Made by a program: the position numbers and the translations under genes. The notes under the pieces are model-generated. The model was not told the DNA's origin. It saw only the letters and a list, made by a program, of their open reading frames with translations, and searched no databases. This document shows positions 25,111 through 38,145 of a DNA stretch of 49,670 nucleotides, in pieces (the first letter of the stretch is position 1; the number at the start of each line of letters is the position of its first letter). The DNA is from Pelomyxa schiedti (lineage: Eukaryota > Protista > Evosea), in the NCBI GenBank assembly GCA_020536535.1, contig JAHLWZ010000088.1:1-49670 (forward strand). The letters are read 5' to 3'.

Positions 25111-27299
25111 ATGTCCCATCACGATCAGGAAGACGCCGGCGACCCCACGCCAGCCAGCAGCGTTGCCGTCGGCACCGACGAGAGCGAGCCGCTGCTTACG
25201 GGCACAGCGGAGGCCCACGGCGACGCGTCGGCGTCCGTGAACGCCGAGCCCGGCGACACTGTGAGAGATTCGTCGCCCTCGTCGTCGTACTCCTCTTACA
25301 CATCGTCTTCTTCGTCGTCTTCGTCTTCGTACTCGTCGTACACGTCGTCTTCATCGTCTTCTTCGTCGTCTTCGTACGACAGCGACGACGATGACGACGA
25401 GAAGGGCGGGGACAAGTCAGAAAACAACAAGACGAAGGACAAGGGGGACACGGCGACGTTGTTGGACGTGGTTTTGTGCAACACTAAAGGGAAGGGCGCC
25501 ACTGTTTTCTCATCATCGGTCAACTTGTCAAACGCAATTCTGGGATCTGGCTTACTCAGCCTTCCTTTTGCGATAGCTTCTGTTGGTCTGATTCCAGGCC
25601 TAATGTTTATCTCTAACTTAACAAAAACACAAACACAAACAAGCGAAACAAAATAACAAAAAAACAAAAAATCAAGTCCATTTTTGTGACATACTTAGGT
25701 TCATAGTAATATTTGGAGGATTGGCATTTTTGGGTGCACACCTTTTAATGTGCACATCTCGCACACTCGAAGAACTTCATCGTGGAAAAGAGTTTCCAGA
25801 AGTTACTTTTTACACTGTTGCCGTGAGGATTCACCCGAAGTTACCTTACTTGGTTGATCTTGCTGTAATGATCAGTAATGGTTTTTCACTCACAGGCTAC
25901 TTGATAGTTATAAGTGAGCCACCCTTTTTCTTTTTTATTTATAAACCTTACATTTCTTCACCGAAAAAAAAAGGTGATATGCTTCCAGACATCATCAAAG
26001 CACTTTGGCCATCATGCCCAGATTTCATGGACTCCTATAAATTTTGGCAACTTATGGCAATACTGTTCATTGGACCTCTTTGCTTCTTCAAGAAATTTGA
26101 CTCTTTCCGATTTGCCTCGTTGGTCCTTTCTATTTCCTTCATGAAGAATTCTCACTTAATAATTACACTTCCTACAACAAAAGTATTGGCGCAATGGTTG
26201 CTGTGTTTTATCTTGTTGGCCTTACAATAGCAATGTACTTTATGGCCCCTGCAGAGGTAGTTAGGGAACCAATTCAACTTGTGGCCATAAGCACAGATGT
26301 GTTTTCATCAATGCCCATTTTCATATTTGCCTTTGGCTGTTGCACCAATGTATTTGTTGTCTTACCCAATACTTGTTTGATTTGAACTCTAGGTGTTCCC
26401 TGTGTTTTACGAGTTGAGAACCAGACGATACTTCAAGGCAAACTTTGCGTTAACAAATGCTATTTTTTTCACTGGAGGTGAGAAAGGACACTTTCTCCGT
26501 TTTTTTTTTTGTTCTCTATTTCTCAGTTCTAGCTGTGCCATTTATGTAGGTTTCCTTTTCTAAACCCATGTTTAGTTATCTATGTGATTGAGGGAAGTTT
26601 TGGATATGCCTCTGTTGGGCCCAATGTTGACTCCAATGTTATCAATTCTTGTACCTACAAACTTCAAGGATCAACACTAACGAATCTGCAAGATCCCGTG
26701 GACATGTTGTCTGTTACATTTGCCCGAATATTCATGGTCTTTCTTGTTTCTTTCTCTTATCCTGTAAGTCACTTTCTTAGTGCAAGCTTTCAAACAAACA
26801 AATGAAACTATATAAAAGCTGCAAGTCTACCCCATTAGGAAATGCATTGATTCCACACTCTTTGCGGGGAGGAAGCCTGACAATTGGTACCCCAATGTTA
26901 GACATGTACTGGAGACATTTTTCTGGCTTATATTGACCTTCTTATTTGCCTTCTTTTTCCGGGAGCTGGATATTGTAACTTTTCTCATGCCTTCTTTCTA
27001 AAAAAAAATGTGCATTGTAATCTGCGATTAGGTTCTTTCTCTGGCCGGCTCATTGGGCAGTACACTTACTACCTACCTTCTTCCCGGTGTCTTTTACTGG
27101 TATATTGTAATATCAATCCGTTACATAATATAAAACTTCTTCCCCTAGCGAGGTTCTTACCACTAAGTTTAGGTTCTATCACCAGAAACCATATTGGCAC
27201 TTCCGTAGAATTGTAGCACTATCCATTGCTCTATTTGGCGTATTTGGTGGTCTGCTTTGTGCCACCTTCACCCTCCTCAATGAGTACCTTTTTACATGA
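25111..27299 (+). CDS. Amino acid transporter, Aa_trans (SLC38/AVT) family
   Basis: ATVFSSSVNLSNAILGSGLLSLPFA, PLCFFKKFDSFRFAS, PIFIFAFGC, GSFGYA..GPNVDSNVI, LVSFSYP; Ser/Asp-rich N-terminus; TGA at 27297-27299. Confidence 0.9.
25276..25398 (+). repeat. TCG/TCT-rich low-complexity repeat encoding SSSYSSYTSSSSSSSS twice, then a poly-Asp run
   Basis: Seen directly in the N-terminal exon of the transporter. Confidence 0.8.
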
Positions 27300-27415
27300 A
27301 ACGCGCACAAGACAGACCCTTCTTTCTTCACAAAGTTAACTTGGCATTATTAATAGTAATGCCAAAAGACCGAAAGGGCACAATCAGAAGTGGCACTGTG
27401 ATTGATTAGGCGAAA

Positions 27416-29044
27416 ATGAATTACAGCAGCAGTGAGTCGTCGTTGAGTGACGATGACACCTCAGGGGTAATTATTGGTTCTGTTGCCCTCTCAGTCTCCG
27501 TTATGGGATTCGGAACGTTTTTGCGTATGTACGGAATGTTTCGTCGAACGACACCCACAAACAAATTGTCCAATTACCCTCGCTTGCTTTGCCACTCTAC
27601 CAGCTGTATTTTGTTGGCTAATTACATAGGAGATAGTCCCGGTGAAAAAAGTACCCACTGGTGATGGGTATTGTATGAGCTTACTGTTCCTTTCTGGGGG
27701 TGACATTGTTTGTACCTAGGGTTTTTTTCCAATGGGTGATGTGTTGTGGGATTTGGTGTGTTGGACTCTCGGCAAATGCCGCTGCTGGATTTCCTAAATT
27801 TGAGCCTCTCTCTATGCTTGGTGGCCTACTTTGGTGCACGGGTACAGTGTCTGTTTTCCGTTTTGTTGTTTTGGAACTGCAACTTCCATACTGATTACTT
27901 TCTCTCCCGCCAATATAGGCAACGTTTTGGCAGTACCAATCATTAAGTTGATTGGGCTTGGTTTAGGTCTATGCCTCTGGGGAGTGGTAATTTTTTTGTT
28001 GGATTCTTTTCTCCTCTTTCACATTTCCTAGACAGGGTTTTTGATTGGGTGGATGGCCGGCACATTGGGGCTTTTTGGTATCAACCAGCAAGAAGGTATC
28101 TCAGTTTTTATTTATCCTCTTTCCAATACTTCATCACAGTCAAAACCCCAGCATTCAATTATGTTGGGGCTGCCTTGAGTGTCTGTGCCATTTTATTGTT
28201 TGCTCTAATCAAAACACAACCTTCAAACGATGCAAAAATTTTCAGCTCTCTAAGAACACTACTTAGAAATAGAAGTGGTGTGACTTATACTTTCATCCTT
28301 TCATTTACTTCATTTAAGCAACCGGAGACACAACGGCTCTGTTGGAAAATGTCAATATACAAACACCCCCAAAACCCACTATTAGTGATTGGGCACTTCT
28401 GGATAGACTTTCTCCCCTCCAAAAGGTTTTTTTTCACGAAGCTGAGACACAAAGACTAAATTCAGGGAACAGAGAATTTGTGGAGTGGTGCTTGCTCTTC
28501 TTAGTGGCGTGTTTTATGGCTTAAACTTCATTCCATCCCAATACCTCATTGATCATGGAGACGGTGGTTTGATACACAGTTCAGACGGGATTGACTATGT
28601 ATTTAGCCATTTCAGTGGAATTTTGGCGGCAAGCACTCTTTATCTGCTCCTATACTGTGTGGCTATGAAAAACAAGCCCGTGGTATTTGAAAGAGCTGTG
28701 CTACCTGGTACCCAGCAATGGATAAGATTACCTTTGCTAACTTTACAAAGGTGCAATTTCTGGTTTTGTAAGTACTATGCCAACCTTACAAACTGGAAAG
28801 TAATTTGCATAACCAGATGTTTGGAATCAGTGAAGCATGTATGTTTGTAGCCAATGTGAATCTTATGCTGGTTGTTACCTTCCCCGTTGCTTCCACTGGG
28901 CCTGCCATTGTTGGAACACTGTGTGGAATTATTCTATTCAGGGAAGTGACGGGAATATTTCCACTTGTGCTGGTTGCCATTGCCTTTAGTGTAACTCTTG
29001 TGGGTGTGACTTTCATCACACTGTCACAAGTGGTGGCCTTGTGA
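27416..29044 (+). CDS. TMEM144: TMEM144-like drug/metabolite-transporter superfamily protein
   Basis: FFQWVMCCGIW, FEPLSMLGGLLWCTG, AVPIIKLIGLGLGLCLWG, ALLSGVFYGLNFIP, DYVFSHFSGI, FVAN..TFP..STGPAIVGTLCGIILFREVTG. Confidence 0.8.
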
Positions 29045-29121
29045 AAATTGTAATCTTTGGGATTTCAATCACAAAACTTTTATGGAATTGCTATCGTCTA
29101 TTGTTTTAAATTTGACGTTAG

Positions 29122-30321
29122 TTATTGAACATGTGCTGTAAGGAGCAAAACGCCTGTGGGGTTATAGATACACCACGTTTTAGTGTTGTTTTGAATGACA
29201 TTTAGGAAGCCATGTGAAGCAAACACTATTGGTTCTTCCTCATCCAAACGCAGCACAAAAAAGCGGTCAGCAAAAGAATTGCATTTGGGGAGTGTGTAGA
29301 AAAGCAGCTCTTTCTCTGTTGGCTTGAGAACAAAGTGGTTGTTGTCTATGCGAACAATGAATTTGACTGAACGTGATAAAGTTGTGGATCCCTGCATTCC
29401 GGGGTAATATATCCTGCAGGACTGAGGAACGGTGTAGTTCCACCATGAAAGAGCAAAAGTTTCTGTGGACAGAACAGTCTCCAGAATTGCTGGAGTTACA
29501 AGTGTAGTTTCAGATCGATAGATGAGTGTCATAGCTGGGGGAACGTTGTTATAGGCTCTGTCAATTTGAAATTTTATCAGTGCTACCCCACCATATCCAT
29601 ATGCTTCCTGGAAAGTGAGGAGTTCATCTCCACCCTCTGAAAACTCTGTTGCAAAGCTATTCAACATACTCGTTACATATCTTTCTTGAGGGAAAGTCTC
29701 TGGAGTGCCACCTGTCACCTTTTTTTTTTTAAAAAAAAGTTTATCCTACGGAGAGAGCAGTTTAATATTATAAGCTTAAAGGTATTTCAAGAGAACCTTC
29801 CATATGAATATATGCTGGGCCCTGCCAGGCATGGCAACCACCCACTTTGAGTTACACATCATTCTGGGAATGTCGCGTCCGAGTTTTTTGAACTTCCAGT
29901 TCGTCAACTGACTGCGAGTGCAAAAGTTCCACAGAAATGCCCGGTCGTCGCCCATCACGAGGGCAACGCCAGCGGCGCGATCCAAGAAGCCGCAGAATAC
30001 GCCGGGAATCTGTCCCCATGCGATGAGATCGGGATCTACAGTGTGGGTAACTAGATCTGGGTCGGCAGTGGAGAAGGAGGAGAGGCCGAGGGTGGGCGAG
30101 ATCGAAGCGGCGAGAAACAGGCTGTCGTATTCGAAGACGCAGATCTGGCGAGAAGATCTGTGTCCCAGGACCCAGGTGCGTCCGATGTCGCGAAGTGTGT
30201 CGCTGGGTATGTGACGTGCCGGACTCGTGCCACCACACCGCGGTACTTGTGCGCAACAAAGTGCCAAGATCTGAGCCCTCGCCCCTATTCCCCGTATGTC
30301 CCGCAACCCACTCACCCGCAT
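29122..30321 (-). CDS. Hypothetical two-exon protein with lineage-type N-terminal motif and beta-rich (propeller-like) body
   Basis: ORFs 29776..30321 and 29122..29718 are separated by a T-rich intron; N-terminus ARAQILALCCAQVPRCGGTSPARHIPSDTLRDIGRTWV. Confidence 0.55.
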
Positions 30322-30975
30322 GGTTTCTTTTTCCCTTGTGTTTTGTTAATTGCAACGATACAGGCCCGGACAATCACCTCTTCTGAAGAAGTGCTCACAC
30401 TGCAGATCTTGGACAAGGTGTGTGAGGAAGATGACGTGACACGTGGTCCCAATTAATTGTGCGATGTGGGGAATCTGGGGTGCAGGTGGGAAAGGAAGCT
30501 CTGATTTGGGGAAGCAGATAGAACACTTTCTTTCTAGAGGGGGCCCGAAAATGCATCGAACTTCTGCGAGCTACGTCACAAGTCCACGAATATGCAGCCG
30601 GTTGAGAATTGACGAATCTGATCCACAGAGTCAAGTGATTGGAATCAACAGCGTGACAGGCAAATTCCGTCAAACAAGCGGAAGAAGAATTTTTCCCTTT
30701 CGCCAAACATACCAAATTAAATCAGCTTCGGGTCACTAGGCAGGTCACCACACAGCGGGCGGTGCAATACACAATCTCCGCTCTCGCCAGATCCAAACAC
30801 CTCCCCGGCTTGTTGTTTTGGATCTCCTCGTTACTTTCCACTACTACTCTACGAGTCGTTGTTGCACACATACTTTTCCCTCTTCCCTCTTGCTTGCGGG
30901 GCCCCAAGTTACGAAGACGCACTTTCACACCCGTAATCGTGGCATTATCGAATCTGTGAACGCCTTTCCAGCGTG

Positions 30976-32391
30976 ATGTCGATAGACCCATGTAAAGCAA
31001 ACCCAGATGACCCTTCCACATCTGGCTCTGAGCTCCAGCAGTGGCTAAACATTCTCGTAGAGATGAGTGTACCAAAGGAGGTTGTATATTCGTTACTCGT
31101 TGCATCGGTCGCTATTGCTGTTGTACCGCAGGTGCGCCTTTCTCCATTCCATGTAATATACTTATGCTCATGATAGCACGTGAAATTCTTCAGAAAACGA
31201 ACACACGAAGGTGTGAGCATGACTTCATTACTGATGCAGAACATAAAGCTGTTTTCTGTAGCTGCCAATACAAGTAGCGTTGCATAACTGTTATCTCTTG
31301 GAGCTAATTAATAATCCAGTTTTACTAAAACAACAGCAAATCAAGGCTTGCACGTTTGTGGTATGACCTTATTGTTTTTCTCTGTATTTTAATATCGTGC
31401 AGGGCATAAGCGAATGTATGCCGTCGTTGTTTTCTCTGTTGCAAAACACCTTTGCTTGGATTTTTTGCTTTCCCTTGTATGTAACCAAAATATTTACTCG
31501 GCTCTAATCTCCACCAGCATGGTGTACTGGGTTATCTTCTTCAAGTCGCCGAAGCGAAATCCCAAGCACTTTCTTTTTGGGATATTTTCCTTAATTGGAT
31601 TTCTAGTTTTCTTTATTATCATTTCTGGCGTTGGAGTTCTGTTCAGGTTCATCCATTTTCTAGTCCAGCTCCGGCTAATGATTGTGATAGTGTACATCTT
31701 GGTCCCTGTGCAAACCCCACTCTTTATCTTGCTAAAAGTCTTGGTATATTTGCAGCTATGCTCACTGTGATTGAGTGGGCCCCGCAAATATGGACAACTT
31801 TTTGGACTAAGGTCTGTAACACTAGTGCTAGTGTTTCCCCTCTCAACCTTTTTAGGCAGCAAGAACACTTTCCCTCCCTATGGTTTGTGTGTTTGCGCCT
31901 GGTACACTGGTTGGAGCTGGGTTCATGATCTTTGTATCCAAAGATACATGGAGTACATGGCTCCCTCAACTTGTATCAGGAATTCAATTATTCATTCTTC
32001 TCGGTTTACTGTTCTACTTTAGCCCTCAGGTTTCCACTCCTGGTTTTTTTCTGTTTTATCCTCATACACATTGCAGAAAGAAAAAATGGGCAAATGCTTG
32101 CAGAAACTTTCAAAGAAGCCCACACCTACGGATTTAGCTGGATGTGGGGTGGGTGACGTGGAACTAAATGAACTACCTGCTGAGGTGCACAGTCAACCTG
32201 ACAAAACCATTAAAGTGGGAGAAGCTGGCGGTGGGGCTGCAGAAGTTGCAACTGGTGGGGGTGATACCGCACAAGAAAAAAAGGATGATAGTGAGCCCAG
32301 CACAGACAGTAGCAAGGAGGAAAAAGTTATTGTGCAAATAGAGAACACTGGCACCACAGGTGACACAAAGGCAAAAACATCAGAGTGCTAG
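30976..32391 (+). CDS. PQ-loop repeat membrane protein
   Basis: First loop AIAVVPQ|HVKFFRKRTHEGVSMTSLL; second loop VIEWAPQIWTTF; intervening TM helices; acidic C-terminal tail to stop at 32391. Confidence 0.75.
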
Positions 32392-32523
32392 AAATAGCAT
32401 TTTGTAACGGCAGAACCACACTCACACCTCCACTTATTTATAAAATAAACATAAGCAAAATTTTGTTGTAACAAATTGGCTATTCCTTTGTTTTTTTAAC
32501 AAAAATGATTTTCGTTTATTTTT

Positions 32524-33678
32524 TTAGTGCTTTGGGTCCCAGGTGGCTAGAACTTCTTTCATTTTTTTTACTTGAGCGGACTGTTTCTTTATCATAAAGT
32601 TAATGAGCCAGGCTGGAATCCATCCCTTTGGGTCAGCATCTATAAAAAAAAAAGCCCGGTTTGAGTTGATTCTATCGTTTGGGATTGTTGCTTACGGCCA
32701 ACAGTAGTCACTAGGGTCTTGTTCTCCTCAACGGATTGGAGAGTACAAGCTAGGAGGAGTGTTATAGCACGCAGGAATCTGAAATTAGAAATTGGAAATG
32801 AGGAATAAGCAAGAGGAGAGAGGAAATGTGAACATACCCGGGGGTTGCTGGTACTGAGGCATGCTCACAGGAGCACCTGATGCGAAATGAGAAATAAGCT
32901 GTGACAGACGAAAATATACCCATAGTAGGCGGCATTAGGGCCGGAGCGTTTGTGCGATGTTATCAACAGGGATTCACGGGAAGACATTGGCCAGGGAAGG
33001 GACATCTTCATTTGAATAACCTTTGTTCCGGTTACGAAATTAAGGAGACAAAAAAGGGCACACCCTGAGTGTTGGACTTAGTTCTTCAACAACTCGATAC
33101 GCCTCCAATTCGGGTGACAGTCTGAAGATAACATAAGTGGATACTATGGGGTGTAGGGATGTGTACTGTTTCCTAGTCTCAAAGTCGGCATCCCACAGGA
33201 ACTGGAGCTGTTCAAGAGTCAGAGAGCGATTTTTGCTCTCACAAGAGAACAAAGTCATACATACCATTTTGTCAACGGAAACATCAAAAGTATAAGCTGT
33301 CTTTACAGCCAAGAAAGAGCTCCCTGGTAACATTTTTTGCCACATTTTCAAGGTAGGCAAAGCTGTTTGTATAAAGGCAGCATTAGAACCACAAGAATAA
33401 CATAATTGGAAAGACAGTTGCACAAAGTCAACCATCCCATAAGTATGGGGAGCCAAAAATCACGTACACTTCTCGCCATGGTCTATTTCGGCCCAGCCCT
33501 CCAGTGACTCGAGGATTGGGTCCCCGCGAGCCTGCAATTGGTCCACGATCACCTGCGCCTGTGTAGCGTCGCTCACCACGGGCGGCACAAACACAGTTGT
33601 GGGACTGGCAGCGGTGGAAGTAGTAGTGGTGGGGGCAGCAGCGGACTCTGACGACGAAGCAGCTGACTCGGTGGCCAT
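32524..33678 (-). CDS. START-domain lipid-transfer protein
   Basis: LEGWAEID, AVKTAYTFDVSVDK..LWD, VVEELS, C-terminal DPKGWIPAWLINF followed by an amphipathic helix; TAA at 32524-32526. Confidence 0.75.
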
Positions 33679-33982
33679 TGTGGGTCGGTTCTTTTGTTGT
33701 GTTTGTGAGGGAAGGAGACGAGGGTGCCTTTATAACTGCAGAAGATTGTTCCTGCTGTGAGGGTTTTCTAGATCTTCTGGATTTCGCCAGCGGGGAAATC
33801 TTGCACTTACCTTAGAGTTAATTGGGAAGTGGATGTAGGGTTCGTCCTCCATTTCCCAATGATGTTCCAACTTCCTTGTGTTGTTGCTCACATCGGTCAG
33901 AGGTGACGAGACCTTCGCCTCAAGAAAAGATCGCAAGGAACCTGAATATCCCGTTCGGTAATTTGAGCGGCCGAGTGCGGAA

Positions 33983-36900
33983 ATGGCGGCGTCTCGGTCG
34001 GCAGGTGGAGCAATATCTTCGTGTGTGGTGCCTGCATACCCAATTGTGGGATCACCCAGTACGTGTGCCACGTCACCACCACCCCCGCCGCCGTTTTTAG
34101 TCAAGCAGCCGCGGCGCGCGGTCATCGAAGACGTGGAAGTCGTCACTTACACGAACGGGGATCTCGGATACGACGTGGTTTTCGCGGACATGCCTGGGCC
34201 CCAGTGCTCGGCGTGCATTGTGTTTCCGACTGAGCCGGTGTCGGACAGAGGAGAGCCCCACGCCGTGGAACACTTGGTGTTTATGGGATCAGCTATCACA
34301 CCTTTTAAAGGGTAATATCTTTTAGTAGGCCACTTTTTTGTGTGTTTTGTTTGACCTCTTCCCATTCCCCTTTTTTTTTTTTTTTTTTTTTTTTTTGTGG
34401 AATTTATTAATTGCTTGTAGGTACTTGGACCTACTGGCTTCTCGTTGTGTGACCCCTGGGACCAATGCGTATACAGCAGAGGATCATACATGCTTTTCTG
34501 TGGAGTGCGCTTCATCTGACGGCCTCCTGCACATACTTCCTGCCTACTTGGAACATCTCCTTCACCCCCAGATCAATGACAGCACACTGACAACTGAAAT
34601 ATACCATGTAGATGACAAAGGTACTTTTCTCGCCTTCCAATTTGTAGTTTTTAGAATTATATAAAATACAGGTGCAGAGGCTGGTGTTGTATTTTGTGAA
34701 ATCCTCTCTAGAGTGAGTTGTTTCAATATTCGAGTTTATACCCTAATTTAAAACAGGAAAATTCTGAGCATGATATTTGTGAGACCAAGGTTCATGAATT
34801 GCTTTTCCCAGGAAGTGCTTATGCACTTAACAGTGGAGGCTCAACAAAAAATATTCGCAGTTTGACTGTCGAACATTTAGTATGTTTCCACAGCAAATTT
34901 TACCACCCAAGGAATATGACAGTCATTCTGCTAGGCAGTGTAAACCACAATGCGGTTCGTTTGTCTATGTTTACTAGATTTATCTTATTCATCACTACAG
35001 ATGTTGCAGCGCTTGCTGTCTGCTAAGATTAACCCGGAACAATTTGCAACTCAGTTTGACCCTCCTTGGCTACAACCAATCCCTGCTTTGACTGAAGACT
35101 GCTCCTCTACAGTGCGTTTCCCAACGTCTGATGATAGTGTCGGGTCACTTGTCTTAGCTTTTCGTGGGTATTTACCTCTCATCCCACTTTTTAACACCTT
35201 ACATTGTTGTATCAGACCACCATTTTGGGAGATAGAGACCTGCGTTGCCTTAGAGATTTTATTCCGAGCACTGTCTGAGACAGCATCATCTCCTTTCCAA
35301 AAATAGTAAGTCAGGTCTTTCCTGTTGTTACCTTAGGTGCTCTGTGCTTTTTGTTTGCAGAAGTCTCAAACTACAATTAACCCCAAATAAGCTTTGTGGA
35401 GTCCAAATGCCCGCTTGCCGCTGGTGTGGACATAGATATTCTGTATTTCAAGGAAACAGCTATTGATCTCACATTTACTGGCATTGATGCTACTGTGGCC
35501 CTCAGTGAACTGAAGGAGAGAAAAGAAGAGACTGACAGTGAAAATGACGATGTGAACAGTGAAGAAAATGAAATACCTGAAAGTTCTCCACAAGACCTCA
35601 GTGAGAAATCTGAGTCGGACATTTCAGGAAATGAGGAAAGTGCAAGCCAGAGTAGTGATGATGGAGATTGTACTGGTTCAGACATCAAAGGTGAAACAAC
35701 AGAAGAGGAGCATGGCAATTTACTGGTCCCAGGGAAACTCTTATTTGAAGTGAAACGTCTGCTGCATAACCTTTTTTTTGCACCCTCAGACAAAATGAGT
35801 TTGTCTGTTATACACTGTGCCATTGCACGACATAAGGTCAAGTTATTGGAGGACTTAGAAGATGAACCACACAGCACTGTAAGCGAGTGTCTTGTTGTCG
35901 AGTCTACATTGAAGCCTACTGGAACTGGAAAAATAGGTGACCACCTACAATGCATTTTGCCAGCCCTGTCGTCCTTGGAGGAAAAACCATTTATCTATTG
36001 GGCCACTATTGTTAAGAAATGGATTTTGGATGCTCCATGTGTCGAGGTTGGTTTCCAAGACATTGTTTTTACTCTCATTTTCCGCAAATGTATGTATTAC
36101 GCTTTTTCAAGGTTATAGCGATTCCCGATGTTTCCCTGTCTAAGCGGACCCATAAAGCAAATTCAGTACTTCTCTCAAAGAGATGCTCTGATCTCGGATC
36201 TGATGGGTTGGCTGGCTGCCATCGCAAGTTAGAGGTAGTTTTAAAGAAATCGGTGAAGGTGTGACACACTCACAGGAAGCAATTGCTCGTAACAATCAAC
36301 CTATACCTCCTTCACTCCAAATGTCATTACCTACCGTTCCAAGCGCACTTAGCATACCTCTAGCTTCTGTAAGAAACTTTGTTGCTCATCCTGAAGGATT
36401 TTTCCCTCTCCAGGTGAATATTTAACTTCAGTTTGGGACTAAAAAAAAACAAAAAAGATTCTGGAGTTGAGAACCCACTTCTATCATGTGAGATTATGTT
36501 TTGACATCTCACATCTCCCAGACCGTCTTCGGCCTTACCTTGTTTTATTTCAAGAACTACTTTTTTGCTCACCTGTTAGAGAGATGCCTACTGGTCATAT
36601 CATTACTTATGAAACAGTTGTGGCACACTTAGCTGAAGCTTTTGTATCTGTTGAATGTGGTGTGGGATTAGGAAATTCACTATTTGACTGTCAACCACCA
36701 TCCCATTTGGTTTCTATCTCTGCAACAATTGAACGTTCTAAGTTCTTGAATTCATGTGGCTGGTTGCCAAGGATTCTTGCAAACGCTATTTTCACACAAG
36801 CTCGTTTGGTCTCTCTTATTCCTCAGCTCATTTCTGACCTCACTGATTCTCTCCGAGATGGCTCCACTGTTTGTGACAATTTGCTCTCTCATGCTGGGGG

Positions 36901-38100
36901 CTTAGCAAACCGCAAACATGGTGCTTGTGATGCAGATATAAGCTTATTCTCTCAATTTGTACTGCTGAAGAAAATCAAAAAGTCCATTGACTCAAACCCG
37001 AACTGTTCCCTTAATGATGTCATTTCGGCACTATGTGAAATACAAAAGTTCCTTCTTGCCGATGATAGCAGAATATTTGGTCAAATTGCCGTGCCACCAG
37101 AAGAACATGCATCCGTGTTGGGGCAGTTTATTTCCTGCTGGAAACCTGAAATTAAAAGTCGCACACGGAAACGAAAACGACCTTCGCACCCAAACTTCAT
37201 GTTACCCTATTGTCACCCAGCCACGCAGTCTTTACCCCCCTTTTCGCTGCTCATTCCCATAAAAGGAGTTGACACTTCTTTCTTCAGGTACTCGATTCAC
37301 AATTACTCTCTTAATGCTGCTTAGCCAGTCCGTAAGCTGCTCTATAACAGTCCGGCACCCTGATTACTTTCCCGTCTGTCTCCTCAATGAAATACTTTCC
37401 CGTACAGAAGGACCTCTCTACTCAAAGGTAACTAAAAATTGTGCATCCACACAGAAAAATAAACTGTTCTGTCATTAGATTCGAGGAGCTGGATATGCTT
37501 ATGACGCCTCCATTTCTTTGCAGCTTACATCGCAGCAGTTAGTTTTTGTTGTTCAGGACTCGACTTCTCCCCACCAGGCAGTCCAAGAGTTTTATGAAGT
37601 TCTGAGGTGCATGAACTCAACTCCTGAGACGTACCTGTCAGAATTCGCTATTGAATCCGCAAGGTGCACTTCTAAGAACGGTGCCCAACTAACAGGATGA
37701 AAGGTCTGCACTACTCTACCAGTTCCACAGTACACAGTTTACAGCGCCAAGTCTCATAACAGCCTCCCTAAGAAGCCTTCTTAAGGGGTTCCCCTCTTTG
37801 GCAGAGGAAACCGCAAACTGGCAGGTTTGCCACTTCACAACTTTGGACAGTCCTTCCTTCCTCTACTTACCCTTACTGCAGTTGATGGATAAGGTGCACC
37901 AGTCAGACATATTGCGTGTATTCCACTTGTACTTCACACAGTTTTTGAGAAGTGAGCATAGAACCACAGTTGTGGTGACTGATCCCAGTGCCGTAGAGAA
38001 TTTACTCTCTGAATTTGGAGGATCAACAACAAACCCCACCAATTTCACTGTTCACAAGTATGAAACCGTTGCCTTACACAACAACATTTTTGGACTATAA
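33983..38100 (+). CDS. M16 (insulinase-like) zinc metallopeptidase, M16C / yeast YOL098C-like, multi-exon
   Basis: GEPHAVEHLVFMGS (HxxEH), TNAYTAEDHT, YLEHLLHP..TEIYHVD, GVVFCE, LNSGG..IRSLT..FHSKFYHPRN, RPYLVLFQELLF; stop at 38100. Confidence 0.85.
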
Positions 38101-38145
38101 TCGAACACAATAATTACACCATCTTTTTTTCTTTTCTTTCCCTAT

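Noticed and set aside
30395-30950. ORFs of ~100-127 aa between the divergent genes
   Set aside because: Mutually overlapping frames with no motif or consistent splice model; left unannotated.
25111-33678. Functional cluster of transport genes (Aa_trans, TMEM144, PQ-loop, START)
   Set aside because: Unrelated families, mixed strands, interrupted by an unrelated gene; chance adjacency is sufficient.
33730-34146. 138-aa minus-strand ORF overlapping the M16 start
   Set aside because: Antisense to a GC-rich first exon; no recognisable motif.
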